A model generated the notes under the pieces. The model saw only the letters and a list, made by a program, of their open reading frames with translations. It had not been told where the DNA came from and searched no databases. Below, in pieces: positions 12,067 through 26,721 of a DNA stretch of 64,000 bases; position 1 is the first letter of the stretch, and every line of letters starts with the position of its first letter. Location of the stretch: positions 5,518,001 through 5,582,000 of the forward strand of contig NC_043002.1 of NCBI RefSeq assembly GCF_006345805.1. Direction: 5' to 3'. Position numbers and translations under genes: made by a program. The stretch comes from Octopus sinensis. Taxonomy: Eukaryota.

Positions 12067-12484
12067 GCGGCGAGCTGGCGGAATCGTTAGCACGCCGGGC
12101 GAAATGCTTAGCGGTATTTTGTCTGTCTTTATGTTCTGAGTTCAAATTCCGTCGAGGTCGACTTTGCCTTTCATCCTTTCGGGGTCGATAAATTAAGTAC
12201 TAGTTACACATTGGAGTCGATGTAATCGACTTAATCTGTTTGTCTGTCCTTGTTTGTCCCCTCTGTGTTTAGCCCCTTGTGGGTAGTAAAGAAATAGGTA
12301 TTTCGTCTGCCGCTACGTTCTGAGTTCAAATTCCGCCGAGGGCGACTTTGCCTTTCATCCTTTCGGGGTCGATAAATTAAGTACCAGTTACGTACTGGGG
12401 TCGATGCAATCGACTTAATCCGTTTGTCCGTCTTTGTTTGTCCCCGCTATGTTTAGCCCCTTGTGGGTAGTAAAGAAATAGGTA
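12067..12484 (+). mobile_element. SINE family A dimer
   Basis: Full unit followed by a head-less unit restarting at tatttcgtctg. Confidence 0.9.
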
Positions 12485-13838
12485 TCATAGTTCCGAGTTT
12501 GAATATGAAACGTTCCTTTCATCATTTATTTATCTTTTCATAAATAAGCGGATGGGAACAAAACATTTCCGTAATAATTTTTGGTGGGGAACAGGGTTGG
12601 AACTTATCATTGTGAGACCCATTGAGCAAGGGATCATTAAGTGCATCTATTCAGTTCCATAGACCTCATTGATGATTCTCAGTAGCTCGTGGCATATCTA
12701 TTTGAACAGGAAGAGCAAGGTGACCAAGTACTTACGAACGGCGGAGCAGCACTCTGTTGCGCTAGGCTGGTATGACAGGAAGGTGCAGGTGGAATCGTCG
12801 GAAGAGTTCGCGTTCGCAGCCAATTTGCAATAATGAGGCGAAGCCCTGACCTTATGGTATGAAACAACTTCATTACTTCTAAAACGTAGAGTACTAATTG
12901 TAGAGAAAATAAAACAAAAACGAAAAGGAAACGTGTATTCAATTGGGATTTCCTCTCCTGTCTATTGGTTATACCCTTGATGGTTTTATGTAGGGAGTTA
13001 TAAATTTATCATAGAAATGGGGTCATATTTATTATTACTATCTATGCGCAAAATACTACATAGAGAGAAAATAAAGAATTAAAACGAAAATGAGGTTTGT
13101 TCAATTGGAATTTCTTGTTACGCCTAATGGCATGTCATTAAAGATTTTAAGTAGATACCAATGTTTATGACTGCATGAAGAGAAGGCTAATTCTAAGAGC
13201 TTATTTAATAGTTTGTTTTGATATTTCAAAATCAATAAATTTTCCAGCCATTTAATGATATAAGATAAATTATGTTTCATAAACCATATGTGCATAGATT
13301 TGTCTTTTTCGTCTTATTGCTTGCATAAAACTACTTTTTTCAGTATATTTTCCCATAATTTAAATCAATAGGGTGTGATCTGAGGGAAGTTCGGTTGCTA
13401 TTTCTCGCTGGGTGAACGAGCCTCCAAAGGCCGTCTCTCATTCATTGGATTTAAGTTGGTTGCCCTTGCTTATTACTAGCTCCGCTCTGATCGAACATAC
13501 CTATAACGAAAGCTCTTCGATTCATGACCATTGCGTTTATTCAATTCCATAGACCTCATTGATGATTCTCAGTAGCCCGGGAATATTTATTTGAAGAGGA
13601 ACAGCTAGGTGACCAAGTATAGCATTGTCCAACATATTCTTCATCAAAGACTGTAGTATATGAATTATGATGGATTTTATTACTATTTCCAACAGGTCGA
13701 GGGGTCATATACATACTCGCTGAAGACGGAAATAGTGTTAATCGGTGATACGACAAAAAAGAAAAAACAATTCTCTTTTTTTCTCTTTCTCTTACTCTGT
13801 CTCTCTGTCTACCAGCCCTTCTCTCTCTCTTCTTCCTT

Positions 13839-13877
<39 letters not shown>

Positions 13878-14037
13878 ACATACACACACTCGCACGCTCA
13901 GTCAGTCTACTTTGTTCTTCCTGAGAAATTATTAGTGATGTGGTATCATTTAGAAGCTACTCTGTTTCATTAATTCAGCAAGGTGGTTGGTATAAGAAGC
14001 AGGATGCGTTACTTTAATTCATTACTTCATAGTGGTT

Positions 14038-14470
14038 GCGAGCTGGCAGAAACGTTAGCACGCCGGGCGAAATGCGTAGTCGTATTTCGTCTGACGTTAC
14101 GTTCTGAGTTTAAATTCCACCAAGGTCGACTTTGCCTTTCATCCTTCGGAATCGATAAATTAAGTACCAGTTACGCACTGAAGTCGATGTAATCGACTTA
14201 ATCCATTTGTCTGTCCTTGTTTGTCCCCTCTGTGTTTAGCCCCTTGTCGGCAATAAAGAAATAAGAATCGTTAGCACGTCGGGCGAAATGGTTAGCTTTT
14301 TTTAGTTTGTCTTGAACATCAGAATTGAAATGCCGCCGAGGTTGACTTTGCCATTTATTCTTTTGGGGCCAATAAAATAAGCATCAGTTGAGTACTGGGG
14401 TCGAGGTAATTGATCCCCCCACCCAAAAAAAATTGGTGGTCGTGTGCCAAAATTTGAAACCAAAATTTCG
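14038..14470 (+). mobile_element. SINE family A copy followed by an older degenerate relative
   Basis: Similarity to the other copies; the second unit is more diverged. Confidence 0.85.
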
Positions 14471-14654
14471 GTTTCATATATAGATATATTTATGTGAACT
14501 CCATTATCATACACACACACACGCACATGCACACACATGCACGCGCACACACACATACACAAATATATGTATATATATATATACGACACATTTGAACAGA
14601 AAAATGCACAAACCTACGCACATTCGCATACAGACACACGGACACACATCTCAG

Positions 14655-14685
<31 letters not shown>

Positions 14686-14853
14686 TTTATATGTAAGTCT
14701 AAATATTTGCCTCTGGCATCATATATATAACTATGCTAAAGCAAAACAAAGCAATATATTTAAAATAAAACAAGTAAAAACACTTGTATTATTCAAAATT
14801 CGGTGAGTCTATTTGTCTCGAAAACTATCGTTTCCAGTTTCAATAGAACATAT

Positions 14854-15007
<154 letters not shown>

Positions 15008-15634
15008 ATATATATATGTATGTATATATATATATATATATTATATATATATATATTATATATATATATATATTATATATATATATAAATTATAAATATA
15101 TAAAGTTACGTTCTTCTGCAAACCCATATCTGAAAATCAACACGGTTTCTACCAAAATAAATTAGATTATGTATGTATGAATGTATGTGTGCGTATATAT
15201 ATATATATACATAGATACATACTTATTAGTATGTGTGTGTGTGTGTGTGTATGTGGTTCTCTATATGTATGGATGTATATGTGCACATGCTCACGCACAC
15301 GATTTTATAACTGACAAAAAGTGTGATGAGAAAAAAGCAACATTAATAATTAAAAACAGAAAAAGCAAGGCTTTAATATATTGCGACATGTAACTCTAGA
15401 ATCCTATATTTTTTCTTTTAAATATCTAAGTGAAATATTCTCCCTGGTTCTTCCTCTCTACTTTTCCTCTTCCTCGTGTCTCCCACACATTCTCTTCTTT
15501 CTCTCTCTCCCTCTCACCATCTTCTCTCTCTCTCTCTCTTCTTCCCCTCTCTCTCTCTTTTGGTTTGTGTTTTGGCTTGAAAATTTGAAATCTAATTCAG
15601 TTGTGCTTTTGTTTTGAAAATCAATGTCTGCATG

Positions 15635-15683
<49 letters not shown>

Positions 15684-16230
15684 CACACAAGCGCGCGCGC
15701 ATGTACACATATACACTTATGTATGTGTGTGAGTGTCTATATATATATGATATATAATAAATCTAATACAGATATAATATATATTATATACAATATATAA
15801 ATAATATAATATATGTAATATACTGTAATGTATATACTATAATATATATAATATAGTATATATATATATATATCACAAGTGTGTGTATGTGCGTGCGTGT
15901 GTGGAAATATGCATGTATTTAGAGAGAAAAAGGTTCTATAATATATGTTGTTTACTAAAATATTCTCTATTTTTATTTTTTAAATGTTAAACATTTCATT
16001 ACGCTTTTCCTGTAGATAAAAAAGGAAAAAGCAAATTCCTTATTTATTGAAGTTTCTATATAAATATGTGATCGTATCACCACTAGCAACACAACACTAG
16101 CATCGCCATTCATTGTATTCAGCTTCATCGTCATCATAACACTTTGTTTCTTCCTTGGGTTTTCGTATTCATGAAACACGAATTGGTTTCAGTTTCCAGC
16201 TGCGACTAACCTACTTCATTTGAAACCCTA

Positions 16231-16628
16231 AAGGCGGCGAGCTGGCAGAATCGTTACCGCGCTGGACGAAATGCTTCGCGGTATTTCGCCCGTCGCTACG
16301 TTCTGAGTTCAAATTCCGCCGAGGTCGACTTTGCCTTTCATCCTTTCGAGGTCGATAAATGAAGTACCAGTTACGCACTGGTGTCGATGTAATCGACTTA
16401 ATACCTATGTCTGTCCTTGTTTGTCCCCTCTGTGTTTAGCCCCTTGTGGGTAATAAAGAAATAGGTATTTCGCCCGTCGCTCTGTTCTGAGTTCAAATTC
16501 CACCGAAGTCGACTTTGCCTTTCATCTTTTCGGAGTCGATAAATGAAGTACCAGTTGCGTATGGCGTCGATCTAATCGACTGGCCCCCTCTCCCAAAATC
16601 TCAGGTCTTGTACCTATAGTAGAAAGGA
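16231..16628 (+). mobile_element. SINE family A dimer (second unit has a different tail)
   Basis: Second unit ends ...ggccccctctcccaaaatctcaggtcttgtacctatagtagaaagg. Confidence 0.85.
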
Positions 16629-17385
16629 TTTAAAGCCCTTAGTATACTTTGGAAAAGAATATATATCTGATATCCCTTTTTTTGAGTCAACCTGTTGATA
16701 TATCTGTAAGTGTATGAGGTATTTCATCGTTGCCGGTTTGGCCCCCACCTACCTGGCGTCGCTGATTCGACCCCGACTTATTTGACGCCTAATGTAATGT
16801 TTATCTCGTTTTGATGTTTCTGTTCCATCTCACTCTCTCCTTCTCTCTCTCCTCGTTATGCAAATTAGGAGCATAAAAGTGCTTATGTTAATCATATACA
16901 ATTAATAAATTGCAATGCCTCTCTCCCCTTTCCTCTCTCTCTCTCTCTTTCTCCTTCTCTCCCTTTTTTTCCTCCTCTCTCTGTCTCTCAGACTCTGTCC
17001 GTATGCATATATTCCTCCGCTACGTGGATGTGTATGTGAGAGCGCGCGCGTGTTTGCCTTCAGTGCCAAACAGTACTGTTACTAAAACAGGCTGAATGTC
17101 CAATCAGCCGCGCCATAACGCGTCCAAACAACTGCGCTCAGTCGTCTCATTCCGATCTCTAGTGTCCTGAGAAGTCACGTGTGATTGGTTTCGGAAGATA
17201 AAAGGCAAAGTTCATCCCCATGATATTTAAACCAGAACGTAGAAAAGTCTTTTTTTGTTTGCTTTTTTTTAGTTTGATCTTTTGTCAGAATTTATTGAAA
17301 TTTTCCTCACAGATTGGAATATTCCATGCCAAATACGAAAATAGTTATAACTTTTTTAGAGAAATTTATAAAAATTTTACGAACC

Positions 17386-17600
17386 TAACCCTTTCGTTAC
17401 CAACCCGGCTGAAACCGGCTCTGGTTCTGTAGTACAAATGTTTTGTTCTCATAAGTTTTGAATTAAAATCTTCCACCAAACTTTAATCACAATTTATATT
17501 CCTAATACTAGCTTAATGATAACTAAGTTATTTTACTAAATTCTTTGTTATATTTAAAATAATGGAAAGAAGCACAGAGCATCTCAAAATAAATACGGTA
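17386..17600. mobile_element. piggyBac-type MITE, one end truncated
   Basis: Begins taaccctttcgttacc (a TTAA-CCCTT-like terminus). The right end aaataaatacggta lacks the complementary terminus. Family assignment is from recognition, not from a search. Confidence 0.55.
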
Positions 17601-17793
17601 GAATGATTTATAAAAATAAATTTAACCAATAAGGAGCCATTGATTTTTTTTTATACGTCGTGGCGTTTCACGAATTTTTGTATTTTGTATTATTGCAAAG
17701 TATCCTTTTTATTCGACGCACTAACAACTCTGCCACCTCATCGTCGTCGTCACGAAACTTGTGTTCATGCAAATATGCAAATATGTTACTTAC

Positions 17794-17954
17794 TCGTTCA
17801 TCTTCATCGTCAATCTTTAGTAAATATCCTTCGTTTGCTTCACATGCCAGCTGTGCTTCCAGCCATGGACGGCGTACCATAGTAGTAATCAAATAACAGG
17901 AGTTGCTATCTTGTCTATAGATCCAGTCCTTGGGGCAAAAATGTCCATGAGCAT
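17794..17954 (-). CDS. C-type lectin domain, exon A (N-terminal third)
   Basis: Acceptor atcttttcag|AT and donor CGA|gtaagt. 161 nt, phase 1 to phase 0. Encodes (D)AHGHFCPKDWIYRQDSNSCYLITTMVRRPWLEAQLACEANEGYLLKIDDEDER, matching the CTLD pattern CPxxW..SCY..W.EA...C....YL..I. Confidence 0.93.
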
Positions 17955-18204
17955 CTGAAAAGATATTGAAGCAGGTCAGTTGAAAAAACAAGAAAACGCG
18001 GTAAAAAATTCAAGTTAAACCTTAGAGTTATTGAAATATTTGCAAAAGCACGTGGCTTAGTTCATGATCGTAATTCTGTGGGTTCAGTTCTTAAGTCGTG
18101 CATCAAGTTGCGTCATTGAACAAGATTCTTCATTTAACGTTTCTACAGTTTACTCAGCTTTAATGCGTACCAGCTGGATACTGATACAGCTTTTTTGCTT
18201 TCTC

Positions 18205-18322
<118 letters not shown>

Positions 18323-19088
18323 TTCACATTGTGGTTGTGCCACTGGATCAAGGCTAGGAAGCTGTCTATGCTTGATCAGAGCTACAGAGGCACCTAAAGC
18401 AATTATCGAAAGTATGGTACATGTTACTAATACAGAGTCGCACACGGAAACGGTTTGGGCGTCATACATACACACATACACACACACACACACGCGCATG
18501 GAAACGCACACATATGTACACGCACACCCGCATGTATACGCACAAAACGCGCGTGCATGCGTACATACGCTCACACATACACGCACTTCTACGCGCTGAC
18601 ATGCTCTTCTGTTGTACCTGTGCGCCATGCACACATGCATATCACACGCACATTTGCATTCAAATGCACTCCCATGCGCACGCATTCACAAATTCGCACA
18701 AAATACACACACACACACACATGCAAACACACACATGCATACACACACGCACACACACTCATAAATGTAAGCTTAGCAACAGTGTGGATCACTAAAAGAC
18801 TTGAAAAGAAAATGTTTATCTTCAAAGTGATATAGTTTTGTCATGAAAAGAGAAGTCAAAAAAATCTTCATTTTGTCGTGGAAATGAAAAGTTCGTTTCG
18901 CATCTCGGGTTCGTTCTCACAGTACTGCATTTTAACACATTTCTTTTGGCATAACCTCGAGTTCTCCCCCAGCTTGTGATTTAAATCGTGTTAATGTTAA
19001 TTGCATAGAATCCAATCCGGAGGGGTAATATCAATTCTTGGGCGACTTTATCCGTCGCCCGATTAAATATCATCTAGCCACTGGATAC

Positions 19089-19320
19089 CTATTTCTTTAC
19101 TACCCACAAGGGGCTAAACATAGAGGGGACAAACAAAGACAGACAAACGAATTAAGTCGATTACATCGACCCCAGTGCGCAACTAGTACTTAATTTATCG
19201 ACCCCGAAAGGATGAAAGGCAAAGTCGACCTCGGCGGAATTTGAACTCAGAACGTAAAGGCAGACGAAATTGGCTACGCATTTCGCCCAGCGTGCTAACG
19301 TTTCTACCAGCTTGCCGCCT
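19089..19320 (-). mobile_element. SINE family A copy with TSD
   Basis: Flanked by tagccactggatac / tagctactggatac. Confidence 0.9.
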
Positions 19321-20861
19321 TTAGCTACTGGATACTTTTAGCGGAATTCTCTCTTTTCCGAGTATTTAGACCAGGTCTCCGGTTTGAATAAACTCTACGC
19401 CCTAATGCATGACTTTAAATCACAGCAACCCTGTAGTAATGATCCCCGAATCTTGAAGACCCTGCAAAAGTGTCATAGCTGTACGCGGGTCAATGCTCTC
19501 ACTAAAACATGTTTAAAAGCTTTAGGCCTCGAACCGATTTGCAGAAAAGCATTTAATGCTGCTGGATTAAGTCAGCAGCAATAACAACCGCATAAAAAAG
19601 CTACTGTTTTGCAAAGTTGCATTTTGGTACAGTTTGTTGAACCGGTTATGTTTCCACCATCTCTTAACTGTATTGCAACAGTTAAAAAGTAGTAACAATA
19701 AATACATTGTAAAAAACAGAAAATTTTAAAAATATATGTTATCAATAAGAAGAAAAATTACAATAGCCTTGTTTTGTTTCTTAGTGTATATATTTATTTT
19801 AAATTTTATATCAACAAAACAGCAACAGAAAAACATTCTTTTGGTGGTTGGGGAGAGTAATTAAATCCGGTGTCACAATTTGGGTAACACGGAATATATT
19901 TAAGTTAGCAACTTTCTTAAAATAATGGAAATGGATAATATTTCTATAACAAAGAGCAATAGATTGTTAGGAACGGTAAAGCGTCTGAGAATTTTATGCA
20001 GGATAAGAGTTTGGGGTTTTACGTGACTGTTCGACCGTCGAGAAACAGATGTCAAATCTCCCTCAAACTAAACCCTTCTGTTTAAAAAGCGAAATATATA
20101 TTGGTTAGTGTTATCCCCGTTGCAAGGCGACGAATTCGTAGTGTTATTGGAGCGTTATTAATGTACTTTGCGGTATCTATTTCAGCTTTTGCACTTTGCG
20201 TTCAAATCCTAGTAAAATCATCTTTAATTTTCACTATTTTTTGGCCTAAGAATAAAACTCTTTTTAAGTACAGAGATCAAATCGTTTTTATTTTATCTTC
20301 TCCCATTTTTTAGAAATAGTCACAGATAACATGATGGTGTCTACTGAAATGAACAGTCGAACGAAGGCAACAGGAAACCCCATTTTGTATTCTTCCATGA
20401 AAATTCCATGAGAAGCGCTACTTCTCAAAAAAAGAAAAAAAAGCAACCAGAAGTGGTTCTAGAAACGTCCTAGATATGCTCTATCTGCATAAAAAGTACA
20501 GATGGAAATAACTTTGATCACAGACAACTACGATCAAAGAATTTCTGGTCATAAAACCGTTTTGTCTTCAATCAGTTCTAATTTGGTACTCGGCAAAAAC
20601 AACGAATAATTTTCTTCGATATAGTTTCCAGAAAATCTTTGTGTGTAAACAGGAATTTCGTACTTCGATTTATAATCTCTTTTATTTTGTTGTAATTGGA
20701 GGATGGCTTAGCTGTTCTTGAATTTCTTTAGATTCGTCACTCACTCCTCAGACGCACATTACATTTAGGTACTACTCATGAATAATTCTTTTTATTTTTT
20801 CAATTTATTTATTTATTCATTCATTTATCTATTGCTGCAATAATATTCCTTTCTACTATAG

Positions 20862-21058
20862 GCACAAGGCCTCAAATTCTGCGGGAAGGGTTAGTCAATT
20901 ACATTGACCCCAGTGCACAACTTTTACTCATTTTATCGACCCTGCAAGGATGAAAGGCAAAGTCGAACTCGGCAGAATTTGAACTTAAAACGTAAAGACG
21001 GACGAAATGCCGCTAAGCATTTTGCTCGGCACGATAACGATTCTGCCACCTCGCCGCT
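20862..21058 (-). mobile_element. SINE family A relative (alternative tail)
   Basis: Shared head and core; tail matches the second unit at 16.5 kb in reverse complement. Confidence 0.8.
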
Positions 21059-22079
21059 TTTATTGTTACAATTTGTAAAATTGGAACATAGGAAAATATT
21101 TTGAGGAAGAAATATCATAATTTTATTTAATCTTCTTCTACCCAATCGGGAAATTAAGCTTCGATGATTCAACTTCATTCAGATTGGTGTTTAAGCGTCT
21201 TGTTTGTGCCTGTATCTCTGTTCAACTTCTACTGTTCTCTTTCAGAAATTATTTCACCATCCAGACTTCTGCTTTCCAGGCGTTGACCATCTTAATGTTA
21301 TTAAAATTATCTCCGACTCTAGAGAATGCATCATAATTACAAAATGTTAATTAAAACCTCTCTGCTTGATAAAGAATGATAATCACAAGATTCAAGAATT
21401 ATTCGAAGCTGACATGCCTTTAGTTAAAAGAGATAGTCTTAGTATTCAAAAGGAAAGCTTCTACGTAATTGTTTGAACTGCAGGAAATAACAGATAACCT
21501 CCCTCATATAACACCCTACCATCTTACAACAATCTTGTCCATCTCAAATATTGGATAATGAAGTTGTTGATATACAAAGTAACGAGATGGTCATGGCTAG
21601 ACTGTCTTTCATCATCGTCTGATCTGGTTCGGTCGGATTTGGAATTAAGCACAACTACAACTAAGTTTACTAGGAGCCAAGATGAGAATTCTTTGCCACA
21701 GTTGCTCTAATTGACGGAAAATTTCCTGAAAACATACATATGAAGGACTCTCCCGTCGAGGACGACATATGAGTGTTCATCTTTTGCCGAACGAGCTGCA
21801 CAAATGGTTTGTTTATAGTGATCAAATATATGTGCTGTACATTAGCTCACTCTTTCCATCAAATCGACGTTGTCTGAACAAGGGCACGGTCTACCACGCG
21901 TCATGTGTCGAAGAAATCGCAAAGCAACGAGAGATGAAGTGCTTTTCCTCAAGAACACAACGCAACACCAGGTCTAGGAATAGAAACCACGCCCTTGTGA
22001 TCGTGAGTGCAACACCTTAACCAGTAGGCCATGCGTCCTTATATATGTGTGTGTGTGTGAGAGTGTGTGTGTGTGTGTG

Positions 22080-22125
<46 letters not shown>

Positions 22126-22196
22126 ACGAGCGAGTGGGCAGACGAAAGAAAAGGGCACTCAACAAATCTGGTGGGAGTTACATGTATTATTTAAAA

Positions 22197-22338
22197 CAGT
22201 TTTATTGGGTTTCGTGCGACTTCAAGTTTCGCAGACCCCTAACAGGAGCCCTTCCCTTTCGGGCTTTAATAGAGACGGGTTCCCATTAGGAGCCTGCGAA
22301 ACTTGAAGTCGCACAGAACCGAATAAAACTAATAAAAC
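22197..22338. mobile_element. Small MITE with about 45-bp imperfect TIRs
   Basis: cagttttatt...gtgcgacttcaagtttcgcag is mirrored by ctgcgaaacttgaagtcgcac...aataaaact. Confidence 0.7.
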
Positions 22339-22361
22339 TGGTATATATATAGATATGTATG

Positions 22362-22443
<82 letters not shown>

Positions 22444-22899
22444 TATATATGCATATATATATATATATTAGTGGCACTCCGTCGTTTACGACGACGAGGG
22501 TTCCAGTTGATCCAATCAACGGAACAGCCTGCTCGTGAAATTAACGTGCAAGTGCAGAGTTGTTGATCTTGTGCCAAAATTTGAAGTCAATATAGATGAA
22601 CATTATGATGATGGGAGTGATGGTAGAGGGAAAGGTGGTGGTGCCATGGTACTGTGTAATGTTGCGGGGTTGGTAGAGGCGATATTGTTTGTTAGAAGTG
22701 GTGATATTGGCGAAAGTTGTGGCGTTAGTTTGAGATATGGATATATTGTAAGATGTGTTAGTAAATGGTGTTAGAGGTGATGTTGATAATAGTAGTGATG
22801 GTCGCGGAAAGATTGGTGGGGTGGCGTAGCTACAATGTGCTCTGCCCGATGCAAAAAGCCTATATAGGTTTATGCAGAAGACTCAAAAGTGCGGCCCCA

Positions 22900-23323
22900 T
22901 AAATACGTTGCTTGGGGTTGATCGCTCCTTCGCTTCACTACCTAGCTATATTACAAAGTTGGTGTTTGTACTGTTGCTTTGTCCCAGAGCTCGCAAGATG
23001 GGTGAAGTCCGAAACGTGGTCCTTTGCTATTCGTAAGACCCGCAGAAGAGAAAGCAGGTCAACCCCCGACACCGAGAGCATCGATGGATGGATGAATGCG
23101 CATCCAGGCTCAGCGGTTGCGTAGGAAGTCGGGGAGGACAAGAAACAGGAAGAAAGAGTGAGAGAAAGTTGGGGGCGAAAAAGTACAACAGGGGTCGCCA
23201 CCATCCCCTGCCGGAGCCTCGTGGAGCTTTAGGTGTTTTCGCTCAATAAACACACACAACGCCCGTTCTGGGAATCGAAACCGCGAGTCCGCTGCCTTAA
23301 CCATTGAGCCATTGCGCCTCCAT
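22900..23323 (-). mobile_element. SINE family B, tail type 2
   Basis: Same head; tail containing gaagtccgaaacgtggtcctttgctattcgtaagacc is shared with 62895-63188. Confidence 0.85.
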
Positions 23324-23377
23324 TGGTGTTTGTGCTGCTCGTGGTGGTAAGGGGGAAAATGTTTGTTAGATGTGATG

Positions 23378-23495
<118 letters not shown>

Positions 23496-24050
23496 AAAAC
23501 GTGGTAAGAGTATTTTGTAGGGAGGGGTGGCCACGAAAGAAGTGGTGTTGGTATATGTCGCCACCGTCGTCGTCACCGCCGTCGTCACCGCCGTTGCCGT
23601 CATCATTGTTACCGCTGTCGTCTAGTACCAATATCAGTGATGTCACTGATATCATATTAGGCAGTAGCTGTTCCTTGGTGATCACCATGGTATTGTAGTC
23701 CGTTGAGACGATGACGTCAATGATACCACGATACATCTCAGGTAATATTCCGCTCGAAGTTTCTGCTAGGATGCATCATTGCTTAGTAAATCGGTTTTGA
23801 TGTGGATTCTTATTAACTCGTTGATTAGGTTACGTTAGATTTACGATGATCGATAAACTTCTTCAGGTGTCATACTTCATACGCAGAACTAACGACCACT
23901 TGTCTGTAACTATGCACTCTACATACAGCCACACGTTTGTGCGTGTATGTATGTATGCATGTATGTATGTATGTATGAATATGTAAATGTAAAAATGTAT
24001 CTCACACACTCACATACTCTCCCTCTCTTTCTCACTCTGTGTATGTGTGA

Positions 24051-24093
<43 letters not shown>

Positions 24094-24127
24094 GTGCATA
24101 TCCATACATTCGAGTCTATTGTGTATG

Positions 24128-24161
<34 letters not shown>

Positions 24162-24219
24162 TATATATATATATATATATATACGTACATACATACATAC
24201 ACACACATATATATATATA

Positions 24220-25890
24220 CTAGCAATGCATCCCGGTGTTGCCCAGATGTTATGATCAACATCCACATTGTATTATTTGTTCCTTTCTTATGTGCAGAAT
24301 ACGCACAGCTAATATATAGTGAACTGGATCACTGGTGTAATGGAAGTTATTGTTTGTTTAAAAGTGAAGGGGGGGGTACAATTTGCATGGGCTCATGAAA
24401 GTGCTTTTTGTTCCTAAGAAGGATCACAAACTATGTATTGTTTCATCGTATAAAAGGGGGTCAATACGATTTTGCCCAGAAATCACGTTTTCAAAATTTT
24501 AAGTTCCCCGCGTCCCCACCGCAATTTCTTAACTTTTTCGATTGTTTTTATCCACGTAGAAAAACACAGAGATTACGAATCTGGGAAATATATATATATA
24601 TATTTTTTAAGTTTAATTTTTCTTAAAGAAACGCTCGATGCTCCTCGCCCCACATGGCCCAACCATCTCCTACTCGCTTCCAAAAAGCTAAAACCTCCCA
24701 ATGTTTCACTTTCGTCTTATGTTTCATGCATGCGTGAAACTGTACTGAAATAGCAGACGTAAAAAAATACCAGACCACCACCAGAAAATCCAACATGCTA
24801 GAAGCAACAGGTAAACGACATTATTTCTGAAGAAACTTCCCCTCTTCCCAAAAAGCTAAAACTGAAACATTGGGAGTTTGTAGCTTTTTGAAAGTGGTGA
24901 GATGAATGGTGGATGTTTGGGATGGAATTTTTAGTGTTTGTTGAAGAAAAAAAGAAAAAGAAAATTCTTAAAGATTTGTACTCTCTGGGTTTTTTCCGTG
25001 AAAAAAAAAGTAAAAATGAAGAAATTGGGGTGGGGAGGGAGAAAATTAAAATATTGAGAACGTGTTTTGGGGGCGAAATCCTAATCTCCTGAATCGAAAA
25101 CACAGGAATCGGAAGAAATTTAGGAAAAAAATAAGGGAGGGCGCAAATGTCACCTTGGACATGCTAAAAACAACAGGTAAAGGACAGGATTTCTGAGAAA
25201 ACTTTCTTTTAAGTTTATATCGAAGATCAGGTTTTTAAATAGGCTCATCGCAACACAAACACAAATTACAGAATAGAAAAAAGTTCATTTCAATCGGATT
25301 AAAATGGCAGGTGATACGAGAAAGTGCAGCATTGGCGACAAAACAGTAGGAGAATAAGTAATAGGCTAATGCGACTAAGCGACATGTTATGTGTCCGTTT
25401 GGAGTATGCCAGGCCCTAACCCGTCATGGAAAATGGGGGGTGGGGGGCATATGTTATTTTTGAGCGCACCGCAAAACTGTTAGTGGATATACTCTTCTTT
25501 GTGGCGGTCCGCGCTGCGTCTACCACAACCCATCGTCTGAAGTTTTGAAACCTCCTTCGGGTTTGTTGACCTACATCACTGATAAAGTAAATTTGGAGGA
25601 ACTGTGGTTGTTCATTTCAGGGTTACAGGGAAATAATGAGGTGATAGACTTGCCCTTCAACTTTCAACGTCGGTGTAAATCCATGTTCAACAATCTCCTT
25701 AGATGCACCAAACGATGTCATTTGAAATGCAAGGTTGTATTTCTGTTATTGTTCAGAATATCCTTTGACTGGATGGAAGTGTTTTCCAGAAGATCCACAA
25801 GACGTTGAAAAAGAGCTGATAGTGCTGGCAATCTTACCTTACCGCCTGGGTAGTACATGCCATTAGTTTCAATTGGAAATTCTAAAGCTT
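24220..25890 (-). mobile_element. Helitron remnant with a RepHel N-terminal pseudogene fragment (about 25555-25880)
   Basis: Frameshifted ETNGMYYPGGKVRLP.../KYNLAFQMTSFGASKEIVEHGFTPTLKVEGQVYH...PQFLQIYFI matches the Helitron motif YNxAFQMTSFG...GQVYH...FLQIYF. 3' hairpin and CTAG end at 24220-24223. Confidence 0.85.
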
Positions 25891-26211
25891 TGCAGAACGA
25901 CAATAATAACAACAACAACAACAGATATATAAATAGAAGCAAACAGGTAGGTATAGTTGCGGTGGCGGTATTATCTCGATGATAATGGTGATGATGGTGG
26001 TGGTGGTGGTGGTGGTAGTGATGTTGGTGGTACTGGTGGTGATGGTGATGGAGTTGAAGGTGTTCGTGGATAGTGCTGGTGATATTGATGGTGATTATGG
26101 GAACGGTGTTAAAGTGGCAGCGGTGTCGACGCGGTAATCGTGTTAGTGTGGTTATGAAATAACAGTGAAAAATGACACCGATGACGACGACGACAATGAT
26201 GATGATGATGA

Positions 26212-26248
<37 letters not shown>

Positions 26249-26721
26249 ACACTGGTATTGTCAATGGTGGAGTTGACAGATGGTGTTGATGATAGCGGTA
26301 ATGTTGAAGATGTTGACAAGAGTAATGATGTAGGCAGTAAAGAATTAGCGGCGATGGAGGTGGTGGTGCCGGTGCGTGAGGATGGGGGGATTAAATGTTT
26401 TTAATGTTGCACAAAAGCTGTATCCCTCCCACATCTGGGATGGTACTGATTCTGCGCACGCAGATATCCCAGACAGTGTCCTGAGAGAAGCCACTCAACT
26501 GATTGGAATAAAACCATTCGCAGACACGCTCCAACCTTTTGTCTCACACATGTGTTATCTCCTCTCTCTACTTTTTCTATAACAACTATAATGGCCTCTG
26601 TTCCTCAGAGCAAGTTGGTCTTCTTCTTCCCCTACTCAGGCACTCCTCTGGTCATGATTTGAAGAATAAGTGTATAATTGGTTAAATGTTGGCGATCCTG
26701 TCGTCTCTGAAGGACATAAAT

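Noticed and set aside
18325-18465. Hydrophobic peptide DSVLVTCTILSIIALGASVALIKHR just upstream of exon A
   Set aside because: No credible donor before the (GA)n tract; it resembles a decayed dispersed repeat (ctgatcaagca motif also at 8460 and 47310).
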